64,000 nt of DNA, taken from sequence record MT811961.1. One strand, given 5' to 3'. The translations under genes were made by a program, and so were the position numbers. The notes below the pieces were generated by a model that did not search any database, was not told the DNA's origin, and worked only from the letters and a program-made list of their open reading frames with translations. Every line of letters begins with the position of its first letter. Within the stretch, counting starts at the first letter, position 1. Shown here piece after piece: positions 19,175-27,280 of this stretch.

Positions 19175-21940
19175 ATGTCCAAAAAGAATGACTGGTCAGA
19201 TGCCGCGATGACAATCCCGGTTCCGGCCAAGTCAGTTAAAGCAGGGTTGCGTCCTGTTGATGCAGAGGGAAATGTAAAAGACGACAAACCTTCGTCTTCC
19301 CTGAAACAAAAGACGCAACAGATCCGTGCTTTATTGAGTGAGCGTACAGAACAGCTGTCTACAGCAAAAGGTATTCTGGAAGTTCACCCTGACCTAAACC
19401 TAGCAAAAGAAATCACAGTGGCGCAAGTACTTGCGCCAAAAGACCTGTCTGATTTTAAATTCCGTTTGCGTGTTAACCCTGTGCTTTATCCTGGCAAGGT
19501 AAACCCAATCGCAGTAGCTCGTATTCAAGAGGTACTAAATACCCACCTAGAGCTAGAAGAAAAAGTTGGCGACTATCTCGGCGACATTCTTTATGATCAT
19601 GGTGCGGTAGTTCATCTAATCCTTCCTCCTGCACAGATCGATTCGATTGTCGGACAGATGGATTTAGAAAGCTTTGACAAAGCAAGTGCTACTGATCTGT
19701 TTGCCGATATTGGTGTACATACACACACTGACCCGGCATTGACCAAAGCAGGCATCGACGGTATTCATGATAACTACAAGTTGTTCTATCGTGATTCTTG
19801 TCGCCAGCACATCATCAACAAGAATGTGTCATCTGGTTTTGACTTTGAAAACATGTCATTTGCTACTGATCACACAGAGAAGAAAAACGAAGGCTGTCTT
19901 GTTATTGATGAGATCATCGAAGACGAGCGTCAGACACAAGCACTTCGTATTCGTTTGTCTCCGGATATCGTTATGCCACTCGGAGATCCATCGGACAAGT
20001 CAAAACACCACGGCTACTATATCCTTGCAGACGATAGTGGTCAGCTAGGTACTTCTTGTCAAGACACGGGCTTTATGAAAGACCTGTTGGCACGCATGAA
20101 GAAAGCCCTGCATGACGAAACATCTAACGAGTACACAATCATCAAAGACCTTGGCTTTATTGAAGATTCAAAAGACAAGAAAGCGAAGATGTCGTTTGAT
20201 GAACTCATGGGTCGTTGGGTTGACTTTGTTGAAAAGCCTATCCGTGAAAAGATTAAGTCTTCTGGTCTTGTTCGTGGCGACGTAGACGTTTCAGAATACC
20301 ATAACTTTTATCGTATCCTGTTGCATCGTCACTTGAAGCAAAAGAAAACTCGTCTTATCTTTGTGCCAGCTAAACTAGTTAGCTACATGGCCATGGATTA
20401 CAACGACATGGGTCAAGGTGTTTCCCTATTGGAGAAAACAGCTTACTACTCATCTATCCGTGCAATCATTCAAATTGCTGGTGTGATGAATCTAGTACAC
20501 AATGCTATTCCAGTAACCGATGTGGCAATTACCCTTGATGAAGATGACGATGACCAATTAGGAACCGTAGAAACCGTCTTGCACGAACTGAGCAAGATGA
20601 CAAGCCTTAACTTCCCTATTGGTACTATCAATCCATCGGAAATTGTAACCTCTATTCAGAGAGCCGCATATCGCGTTAAAATCGATGGCGGTACGGCATT
20701 CCCGAAAACATCTACTGAGTTATCTGATTCAGGTAAGTCTCGTGTTACGCAGATCGATACCGAAGTTGATCAACAATTGCGTCGTCTTCAGTATGCTGGT
20801 CTAGGTGTAAGTCCAGAAGCAATCGACCAATCCCTACAGGGTGAGTTTGCTACTCAGGTAATTCTAAATGACTTGTTGTCTGCAAAACGTGCAATGACAA
20901 AACAACGCAAGTTTAAGAAATGTCTGTTGGATTACATCCGCCGGGTAATTGAGTTCTCTCCTCAGTTCATCAAAGAAATCAAAGACGCTGGAATTACTGA
21001 CCCTGCTGCTTTTGTTCGTTCGCTTGAGATTGTTATGCCTACCGCAGATATGTCTCGTGTAGAACAACATGCAGACGCCTGGGATAAGATTTCTCGTTTC
21101 GTTGATGAAGTATTCCCATCGATCATTTCCGATGACATGCTTCGTGGCATGGCTGGTATTGATAGTCAATACACGCGTGACCAACTGGATGATATTCGTA
21201 ACATCTATGCATCTGCATACAAACGTCGCTACTTGAAGGACAACAATATCCTGCCGGAAATCTGGGAGCTTATTGACCCTGATAGTGAATCTGGCTTTAA
21301 CAAGGAAATCCCTGAGCACTACCGTAAGGTATTTAAAGCGATTGGTCCAACGGTTAAAGCTATTCTTAAAGGTATTGATAACAACGATGCGTTGATTCAG
21401 AAATACCTAGATAATCCAAAACGTAAGGAAGATACTGATGGCACAGATACTGGAAGCAATCCTGGTAATGCTGGGTTTGGTGGGGCTGCTCCTACTCCTG
21501 GTGCTCCTGTCCCTGGTGGGGCTGACGTGTTCGGCTCTGGCGTGGCTACTCCGTTTAGTGATGATGGCGAGCCGTTTGTTGAAGAAGACACCGGACTTGA
21601 CCTGGAGCCAGGTACAGATGATGAACCTGGTGACCCAGATGTTGCCGATCCGCTAGCAGTCACTGAAGACCCAATTGACTTGGGACTAGGTGGCGAAGAG
21701 GAAGAGGAAGCAGATCCTTTGGCTGGAGCTGAAGAAGAAACTCCTGATCCTTTAGGCGAGGAAGAAGAACCAATTGATCTTGATTTGACTGGTGAAGAGG
21801 AAGAAGACCCTGCTGACCCAGATGAAGTAGATCCTTTGGCCGGGGAACCTGAGGAAGTTCCTGAGGTTACTGACCCTGAAGACGATCCTGAATTAGACAT
21901 CGACCCAGATGATCCTGATACAGAAGATCCTCTTGCTTAA
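19175..21940 (+). CDS. probable portal protein (phiKZ gp129-type) with long acidic C-terminal tail
   Basis: 921 aa, AAAGGAG RBS. Size and synteny fit. Core motifs G.SLLEK, ITLDEDDDD..GT.E, LG.SPE.ID....EFA....NDLL. Confidence 0.65.
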   Translation: MSKKNDWSDAAMTIPVPAKSVKAGLRPVDAEGNVKDDKPSSSLKQKTQQIRALLSERTEQLSTAKGILEVHPDLNLAKEITVAQVLAPKDLSDFKFRLRVNPVLYPGKVNPIAVARIQEVLNTHLELEEKVGDYLGDILYDHGAVVHLILPPAQIDSIVGQMDLESFDKASATDLFADIGVHTHTDPALTKAGIDGIHDNYKLFYRDSCRQHIINKNVSSGFDFENMSFATDHTEKKNEGCLVIDEIIEDERQTQALRIRLSPDIVMPLGDPSDKSKHHGYYILADDSGQLGTSCQDTGFMKDLLARMKKALHDETSNEYTIIKDLGFIEDSKDKKAKMSFDELMGRWVDFVEKPIREKIKSSGLVRGDVDVSEYHNFYRILLHRHLKQKKTRLIFVPAKLVSYMAMDYNDMGQGVSLLEKTAYYSSIRAIIQIAGVMNLVHNAIPVTDVAITLDEDDDDQLGTVETVLHELSKMTSLNFPIGTINPSEIVTSIQRAAYRVKIDGGTAFPKTSTELSDSGKSRVTQIDTEVDQQLRRLQYAGLGVSPEAIDQSLQGEFATQVILNDLLSAKRAMTKQRKFKKCLLDYIRRVIEFSPQFIKEIKDAGITDPAAFVRSLEIVMPTADMSRVEQHADAWDKISRFVDEVFPSIISDDMLRGMAGIDSQYTRDQLDDIRNIYASAYKRRYLKDNNILPEIWELIDPDSESGFNKEIPEHYRKVFKAIGPTVKAILKGIDNNDALIQKYLDNPKRKEDTDGTDTGSNPGNAGFGGAAPTPGAPVPGGADVFGSGVATPFSDDGEPFVEEDTGLDLEPGTDDEPGDPDVADPLAVTEDPIDLGLGGEEEEEADPLAGAEEETPDPLGEEEEPIDLDLTGEEEEDPADPDEVDPLAGEPEEVPEVTDPEDDPELDIDPDDPDTEDPLA
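21420..21937 (+). repeat. low-complexity Asp/Glu/Pro/Gly tail with recurrent DPL(A/G) and PIDL units
   Basis: Seen in translation: DPLAV, PIDLG, DPLAG, DPLGE, PIDLD, DPLAG, DPLA*. Confidence 0.85.
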
Positions 21941-21952
21941 TAACTAACAAAA

Positions 21953-21990
21953 TGTCTGGGATCTCTTCGGAGGTCTCAGGCACTTTTTAT
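21953..21990 (+). terminator. intrinsic terminator after portal gene
   Basis: TGTCTGGGATCTC-TTCG-GAGGTCTCAGGCA followed by T-run. Confidence 0.8.
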
Positions 21991-21991
21991 C

Positions 21992-22001
21992 TCTATATTA
22001 C
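21992..22001 (+). promoter_or_regulatory. early-type promoter motif TCTATATTAC
   Basis: Recurrent motif immediately after a terminator. Confidence 0.75.
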
Positions 22002-22038
22002 CTTCTTGGAATTAATTCATTTAAAGGAAACCACTAAG

Positions 22039-22905
22039 ATGACAAAGTACAAACAAGTAAAAACAAGCCACTTCTATTTACTCAACATCACTGCCTGGGT
22101 ATTGTTAGTAATCGTTCTGTTGTTCAGCAGCACAATCAATCGCCTCTATTCTGAAAAGGTAGAGTTGAACGCTGCGTTAAACCAAGAAGAACTAACACGA
22201 GAAGAACTTGAGTCTGACTTGGAAATTCAACAACGCATCGAAGATGCATACGAAGAACGTCTGCGTATTGCGCACAAACAGATCCGTGACCTGACAGTGA
22301 AACTCAATCAAGGCAAGGAACCGTATAAACCAAAGCTTGCTTTAACTCCATTGCAGAATAAACTATGTCTAGCTATTGCGACATTTACGGAAGCGAACGG
22401 AGAACCATCAGAAGCACGTGAGACTATTGCTTGGGCAATCACAAACCGTGCCGTGGATCCACGTGGCTGGTCTGAAGATTACAAAGGTCGTTTCTACAAG
22501 AACAACATTTGTGCCGCTGTAGTAGAACGTGGTCAGTATTCTGGCATGGGTCCGTACATCACAGATATTGAAGATGTAGTATGGGGCAAGATCGATACCT
22601 TTGTTCCTGCGCTAGCCAAGAAGCAACCATCTGAAATGAAAGCATGGAAAGACATCTGGCAGATCTCGAGTGACATTATCGATGGTAAGCTTACTCGTAA
22701 AACACATGCGACTTACTTTATCTCGTGGCGTGGACTAGGCAGTAACAATCATCCAAGCTGGGTGAAATACTTCATGCCTGCATACACGTCTACTGAATCT
22801 GGTCTACATAGCCTATTCTTAGATTATGGCTACGATCGCGAAACAGGTGAAGTTGTTTACTTTACAAAAGCGAATCCATACAATCCGAACAAACATACGT
22901 TCTAA
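22039..22905 (+). CDS. membrane-anchored cell-wall hydrolase (SleB/Hydrolase_2-like) with coiled-coil stalk
   Basis: Likely start MTKYKQ at 22039 (AAAGGAA RBS). N-terminal TM, then coiled coil, then CLAIATFTEANGE....IAWAITNR...ICAAV...GQYS, the SleB signature with catalytic Glu. Confidence 0.8.
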   Translation: MTKYKQVKTSHFYLLNITAWVLLVIVLLFSSTINRLYSEKVELNAALNQEELTREELESDLEIQQRIEDAYEERLRIAHKQIRDLTVKLNQGKEPYKPKLALTPLQNKLCLAIATFTEANGEPSEARETIAWAITNRAVDPRGWSEDYKGRFYKNNICAAVVERGQYSGMGPYITDIEDVVWGKIDTFVPALAKKQPSEMKAWKDIWQISSDIIDGKLTRKTHATYFISWRGLGSNNHPSWVKYFMPAYTSTESGLHSLFLDYGYDRETGEVVYFTKANPYNPNKHTF

Positions 22906-22916
22906 GGAGCTTTATC

Positions 22917-23339
22917 ATGGAAAACATCCATGTGCTATTTCCGTTCTTTACTGGACAGCTACAAACCGAGTTGTACTTTCAAACACTCATGGCCTTTGTG
23001 GCTTTGTTCTTGTTATTCACAACTCCTTTCTCAGGAGCTAATCGAAAACTCCAGTCAGCGTCTAAGACCTGTTCGGCTATTGGCTGTCTGATACTTGTCG
23101 TCCTCTTGGCTTATCTGTGTGGCTTTGGTATCTTTGAGTATATACTCCCAGGCAAGACTGGCGGAATCATGGGATTCTTACTGGGCTACATTGCCATGCT
23201 TGAGATGATGATTCAGGCAGCACACAAAAGCAAGATACGCGGCATGTTCGTTTCGATGCGTCTTATGGTCATTGCAAAACGACTAACGATCGCTTTGGCC
23301 ATTGGTACGATCTTTTACGTACAGTGCTATCAAGTCTAG
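22917..23339 (+). CDS. polytopic membrane protein (about 4 TM)
   Basis: 140 aa, four hydrophobic segments, AAGGAG RBS. Confidence 0.75.
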   Translation: MENIHVLFPFFTGQLQTELYFQTLMAFVALFLLFTTPFSGANRKLQSASKTCSAIGCLILVVLLAYLCGFGIFEYILPGKTGGIMGFLLGYIAMLEMMIQAAHKSKIRGMFVSMRLMVIAKRLTIALAIGTIFYVQCYQV

Positions 23340-23365
23340 ATTTTGTGTTTCAACGAATCTTTATC

Positions 23366-23401
23366 TCTATATAACCTACATGGATTAGAACATATAATCC
23401 A
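23366..23401 (+). promoter_or_regulatory. early-type promoter TCTATATAAC plus leader hairpin TGGATTA-N7-TAATCCA
   Basis: TTATCTCTATATAACCTACATGGATT is identical at 23361 and 35172. Confidence 0.75.
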
Positions 23402-23407
23402 CTAAAT

Positions 23408-23435
23408 CCTTCAGGAGCCTTCGGGTTCCTGGAGG
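23408..23435 (+). terminator. UUCG-capped hairpin (terminator-like or attenuator) just downstream of the promoter
   Basis: CCTTCAGGAGCC-TTCG-GGTTCCTGGAGG with only a weak T-tract. Confidence 0.55.
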
Positions 23436-23488
23436 TAACTTATCCTTTATCGACAACCATTTTTCTTTTTATTCAATTGGAGTTACTT

Positions 23489-23623
23489 ATGAAATTTACG
23501 AACGGTCACGCGGTTCTAATGGGTCTTATCGCAGTAGTACTATTCTTCACTGTAGGTCAAGACAATATAGAAGCTTACAACAACCATGTAATGGAAACAA
23601 CAACTCACCAAGTAGCAGAGTAA
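23489..23623 (+). CDS. 44-aa single-TM peptide not in the ORF track
   Basis: GGAG RBS. MKFTNGHAVLMGLIAVVLFFTVGQDNIEAYNNHVMETTTHQVAE*. Codon usage like neighbouring genes. Confidence 0.75.
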   Translation: MKFTNGHAVLMGLIAVVLFFTVGQDNIEAYNNHVMETTTHQVAE

Positions 23624-23701
23624 ATAACAAAGGTTCCGAGGCCGGGGCCTTGATTATATATTTTGCGCAAACAAAAACTAATTCCTAAGAGGATCCTCAT
23701 T

Positions 23702-24118
23702 ATGAAAACTAAAATCAACACCACTGATAACTTCGTAGTACGTGCAACTAAAACTGTATGGAACGGCGTAGTAGGTTTCGTTAAACGTGTTTTTACTGGT
23801 CTACTTGATAGCGTATTTGCGGCTGTTCAACACATCGCAATTGCAATCATTGCACCTTCACCAAAGAACTTTGTTAAAGCAGTAGCACATACTGCTCGCT
23901 GTGTTACTCTATTGAGTCTTATCGTTAACCCGGCTGGTCTAATTGCATCACCGGCTACATGGGCTTTAGAGGTAGCAGTTATTACAGTCTTTACTTTTAT
24001 TTACGGCTATGCATACCTAATGCTACTTCGCATTCTAAGCAGTCTAGAAGAGATGGTTGGCTTCGCTATTACTAGCGCTGAAATCCGTCGCCGTATTCAA
24101 GTGTGGGCAGCAGCTTAA
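23702..24118 (+). CDS. MKTK-family protein, hydrophobic/membrane-associated
   Basis: Likely start MKTKINTTDN at 23702 (AAGGA RBS). Amphipathic N-terminus and hydrophobic C-half. Confidence 0.75.
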   Translation: MKTKINTTDNFVVRATKTVWNGVVGFVKRVFTGLLDSVFAAVQHIAIAIIAPSPKNFVKAVAHTARCVTLLSLIVNPAGLIASPATWALEVAVITVFTFIYGYAYLMLLRILSSLEEMVGFAITSAEIRRRIQVWAAA

Positions 24119-24133
24119 TCAAGGAAACAAACT

Positions 24134-24634
24134 ATGAAAACTAAATTAGTAAGTACGTTCAAACGTACAGTGACCACGATTAAGCGTACTGTCTTTCGTT
24201 GGTTATATAAAATCACTGGCTGGACAATCTTTGGCGAAGCTAAAGAAATCGACGAGTCACTTAAACTGACAGAGGCTCTTGAAAAAGAGCCTACTGAAAC
24301 AGATCTTAAAGATGCAGTAAATGCATTTGCAAAGGTAGTTGAGAATCTACCTAAAAAGATCTCGATCATCACGGCGCGTGCCCTAAACTGGAACGGTAAG
24401 AAACTTCAGCTGTCTATGACTGACAAACGTTCACGTGTCCGTATCGATGAGCTGTTGCTTAAACTACCATCTCCTAAAAAGTGCGATCATGATCTAACTG
24501 CTCGCAAAACTACTCGTCGTATTCTTCGTGCTGCTTTAAAGCATGCAAAGAAAGATGTGACACTAACCAATAATTTCATGTTGGCAGACGAAGCTAAAGC
24601 GGCTTTGCGTCTGTTGACTAAGAAGGAATCATAA
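24134..24634 (+). CDS. MKTK-family basic protein
   Basis: MKTKLVSTFKRTVTTIKRTVFRWLYKITGW..., AAGGAAAC RBS. Confidence 0.8.
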   Translation: MKTKLVSTFKRTVTTIKRTVFRWLYKITGWTIFGEAKEIDESLKLTEALEKEPTETDLKDAVNAFAKVVENLPKKISIITARALNWNGKKLQLSMTDKRSRVRIDELLLKLPSPKKCDHDLTARKTTRRILRAALKHAKKDVTLTNNFMLADEAKAALRLLTKKES

Positions 24635-24635
24635 C

Positions 24636-25241
24636 ATGCAATTCTTAAGGAATCTTTGGAAGGCCATTAAGTCCTTCTTTGAGGTCCTGTGTCACGGCGA
24701 ACCTAGGCGAACCAAACTCGTCAAGGAAGAGACCCCTGCCAAACCACAGGCACAGGAAGTACCAAAACCAATTAAGCGTACACGAGTAGTCAGAAGACAA
24801 GCTCCAGCTAAGCCGGCAGTAGCAGTACCACAACAACCAGTTAGTGTTGTTCCGCGTCTGTCGTTCCCAATCGATCAAAAGTCGGACATTTCGTCTGCTG
24901 CAAACAAAGTAGCAAACAAATACGTACGAGAAGTATTGGCTGGGATTACAAAGCACCTGAGTGCACTGTACGCTGTTCGTGCAGAGGACAAGGACGTAAC
25001 CAAGGCAATCCAAAACATCGAAATCCTTGGTACTGAGTATCTTCATCAGGACGACACAAAACGCATGCTGTCGACACAGATGTCGTTATTGTGTGCTTTA
25101 AGTTCTTTGCGTAATGCACTTGGTCCTGTGACCTCAATGTACATCGACAAAGAAAAGATGATCCACATCATCAATGGCCTTATCGGTCGCCTCGCTTATT
25201 CTGTAAACCACGGCGTGTTCCGCATGCCAGAAACAAACTAA
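24636..25241 (+). CDS. hypothetical protein with amphipathic N-terminal helix and Pro-rich linker
   Basis: MQFLRNLWKAIKSFFEVL..., 201 aa. Confidence 0.75.
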   Translation: MQFLRNLWKAIKSFFEVLCHGEPRRTKLVKEETPAKPQAQEVPKPIKRTRVVRRQAPAKPAVAVPQQPVSVVPRLSFPIDQKSDISSAANKVANKYVREVLAGITKHLSALYAVRAEDKDVTKAIQNIEILGTEYLHQDDTKRMLSTQMSLLCALSSLRNALGPVTSMYIDKEKMIHIINGLIGRLAYSVNHGVFRMPETN

Positions 25242-25269
25242 TTCAAATTTACCTAAAAGGAAACTTATC

Positions 25270-25524
25270 ATGAAAACTAAACTGATCGAAATCAAAAACT
25301 CTATCGTAAACTTCGTTACTGAAACTGTACCTGCGGCTATCTCTAATGTATGGACTTGGGTTAAAAGTCAAAACGTTACTAGCCTTTGGGAAAGTATCAA
25401 AGGTTTTGCTACTTCTGCCTATGAGGCGGTAAAAGGTTTCTTCTCTAATAAAGACGAAGAGAAATCTGACACCTCTGAACCAGAAGCACCTGCTGACGCA
25501 CCTGCGGATACAGCAGAACAATAA
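25270..25524 (+). CDS. MKTK-family small protein
   Basis: MKTKLIEIKNSIVNFVTETVPAAISNVWTWVKS..., AAGGAAAC RBS. Confidence 0.8.
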   Translation: MKTKLIEIKNSIVNFVTETVPAAISNVWTWVKSQNVTSLWESIKGFATSAYEAVKGFFSNKDEEKSDTSEPEAPADAPADTAEQ

Positions 25525-25585
25525 TCTTTAATGGATGGGCGACATGCCCATCCATCCTCCAAACAACACTAAAAGGAAACTCATT

Positions 25586-25993
25586 ATGAAAACTAAACTA
25601 ATCTCTGTTAAAGACGCAGTAGTAAACTTTGTTACTGTAACTGTACCAAACTTCTTCCGTGACCTATGGACTAAGTTCATTGGTCTTTTCTCTAAAGAAG
25701 ATTCGGCAGAAAAAGCTGATGCCAAAGCAGAGAAGCAAAAAGCCGCGATTGCTAAAATCAAAGAAGCCTTGCCTGAGGTAAAAGAAGAAGCAATCAAGGA
25801 TGCAGAGAAGGCTGAAATCTATGTAGCCGTTTATGTTCAACTTAAGAACAAAGAAACACTAACTGACGAAGAAGTGCGTGCTTACCGCAAAGCTATCGTC
25901 GATCTTTACAAGCACATGTCTGACAAAGAAATGCTTGACAAGATTTCTGCCGAAGTAGAAGCAGACATCAAAGCTAAAACGGCTAAGAAGTAG
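25586..25993 (+). CDS. MKTK-family protein, paralog of 25270
   Basis: Likely start MKTKLISVKDAVVNFVTVTVPNFFRDLW at 25586 with AAGGAAAC RBS. N-terminus aligns with the 25270 product. Confidence 0.8.
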   Translation: MKTKLISVKDAVVNFVTVTVPNFFRDLWTKFIGLFSKEDSAEKADAKAEKQKAAIAKIKEALPEVKEEAIKDAEKAEIYVAVYVQLKNKETLTDEEVRAYRKAIVDLYKHMSDKEMLDKISAEVEADIKAKTAKK

Positions 25994-26077
25994 CCCTTAA
26001 AGCTCATTGGGACGCCAGTGGGCTTTGTGGGAGATACTTCAGAAAATGACATCGTCATAAGCACAGAGGAAACTAAA

Positions 26078-26278
26078 ATGAAATCACAATTTGAAAACAC
26101 GGTAGACAATGAAATGGCACGCATCACTGCGGAGCTGAACATCAATGCGACTGAACGTGCATCTATTATGGATGCAGTAGCAGACCTGGGCAAGATCACA
26201 CAAGAGCCAGCAGCGGTAACGGCTATGTTCGAAACCGCACGCGAAGTTCTAAGCCGCCCTCAGCCATTCTATCTGTAG
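26078..26278 (+). CDS. small hypothetical protein
   Basis: Likely start MKSQFEN at 26078 (GAGGA RBS), 66 aa. Confidence 0.7.
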   Translation: MKSQFENTVDNEMARITAELNINATERASIMDAVADLGKITQEPAAVTAMFETAREVLSRPQPFYL

Positions 26279-26287
26279 TAACATGTA

Positions 26288-26325
26288 AAGCCCATTCTGT
26301 GTGAATGGGTTTGTCAGGTTTTTAT
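26288..26325 (+). terminator. probable intrinsic terminator
   Basis: AAGCCCATTC-TGTGT-GAATGGGTTT followed by GTTTTT. Confidence 0.55.
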
Positions 26326-26346
26326 GCGTTTCAAGAAATGTTGATG

Positions 26347-26384
26347 TCTATATAACCAGGATGATTATATGCATGTAATCATTC
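26347..26384 (+). promoter_or_regulatory. early-type promoter TCTATATAAC plus leader hairpin ATGATTA...TAATCAT
   Basis: Recurrent motif with hairpin at the same offset as other copies. Confidence 0.7.
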
Positions 26385-26442
26385 GAATGATTATTTTTAT
26401 CCCAGGCAATAATGTCTTTTAAATATCCTTAAGGAAAACATT

Positions 26443-27204
26443 ATGAAAACTTTAACTGCACTTCTATCTATCGCTTCTGTTCTTTTCGCTGCTTCTGCTG
26501 GTGCTGTTGATCTATCAACAACTCATACAACAGGTACAACGACTACAACAGTAAACGTTGATCAACACGTAACTGGTACAACTAACGGTCTTGAGTTTAA
26601 CTACTCTCAAAACCGTGGTGGTGCAATGGGTGGCGTTAACAATCAATGCGGCGATGTAGCTTGTCAAGGTACTGGTAACGATACTTTAAACGTTGGTGTA
26701 TCACTAGACGTAACTGAGCGTATCGGTAAGATCGATCAGCTAACAACTGGCGTTACTACAACTCGTATCGAAAACTGTGATGTGACCGTTGCTATCGGCG
26801 GTCTATCTAACAGCCAAGGTTACCGCATGGGTTCTACTCATGGCGAAACAACAACTCAAAACCACAACACAGTTGACATCAAAACTGTTAAGATCGATAT
26901 CGCTACTCAAACTGACCTAGGTTACACTGGTTCACATGGTAGCTCTAAACTGGGTAATGACTTCACTGCGAACATCAATGGCATCGATGTAAACTCTGAA
27001 GGTAATTCTATCCCAGTAATGATCCTAGCTGATCGCATGTTGGACAACCCAAATGCAATCACAATCAACGGTCAAGATCTTAAGTCTGCTGACGTAAACG
27101 GTATGTCTATCAAGATCGATGTATCTGATCTAAACGTATACGACCAAGGTAGCTCTACTGCTGTTACTGATTCCGAGTTCACTACGCACTACGAAAACAA
27201 CTAA
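26443..27204 (+). CDS. secreted Thr/Gly/Asn-rich beta-strand protein with Sec signal peptide
   Basis: MKTLTALLSIASVLFAASAGA|V signal peptide (AxA). Strong high-expression codon bias. Confidence 0.8.
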   Translation: MKTLTALLSIASVLFAASAGAVDLSTTHTTGTTTTTVNVDQHVTGTTNGLEFNYSQNRGGAMGGVNNQCGDVACQGTGNDTLNVGVSLDVTERIGKIDQLTTGVTTTRIENCDVTVAIGGLSNSQGYRMGSTHGETTTQNHNTVDIKTVKIDIATQTDLGYTGSHGSSKLGNDFTANINGIDVNSEGNSIPVMILADRMLDNPNAITINGQDLKSADVNGMSIKIDVSDLNVYDQGSSTAVTDSEFTTHYENN

Positions 27205-27221
27205 TCTCTGATTAGGCGCTC

Positions 27222-27256
27222 GATGGGGACTGCCACTGGTAGTCCCCGTCTTTATC
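27222..27256 (+). terminator. hairpin/terminator between the two secreted-protein genes
   Basis: GATGGGGACTGCC-ACT-GGTAGTCCCCGTC followed by TTTAT. Confidence 0.6.
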
Positions 27257-27280
27257 ATAACTTTTATTTTTGGAGTTTCC

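Noticed and set aside
21397-21900. 167-aa Ser/Gly-rich minus-strand ORF
   Set aside because: Mirror of the acidic portal tail (GAA/GAT codons read as Ser/Phe/Ile on the other strand).
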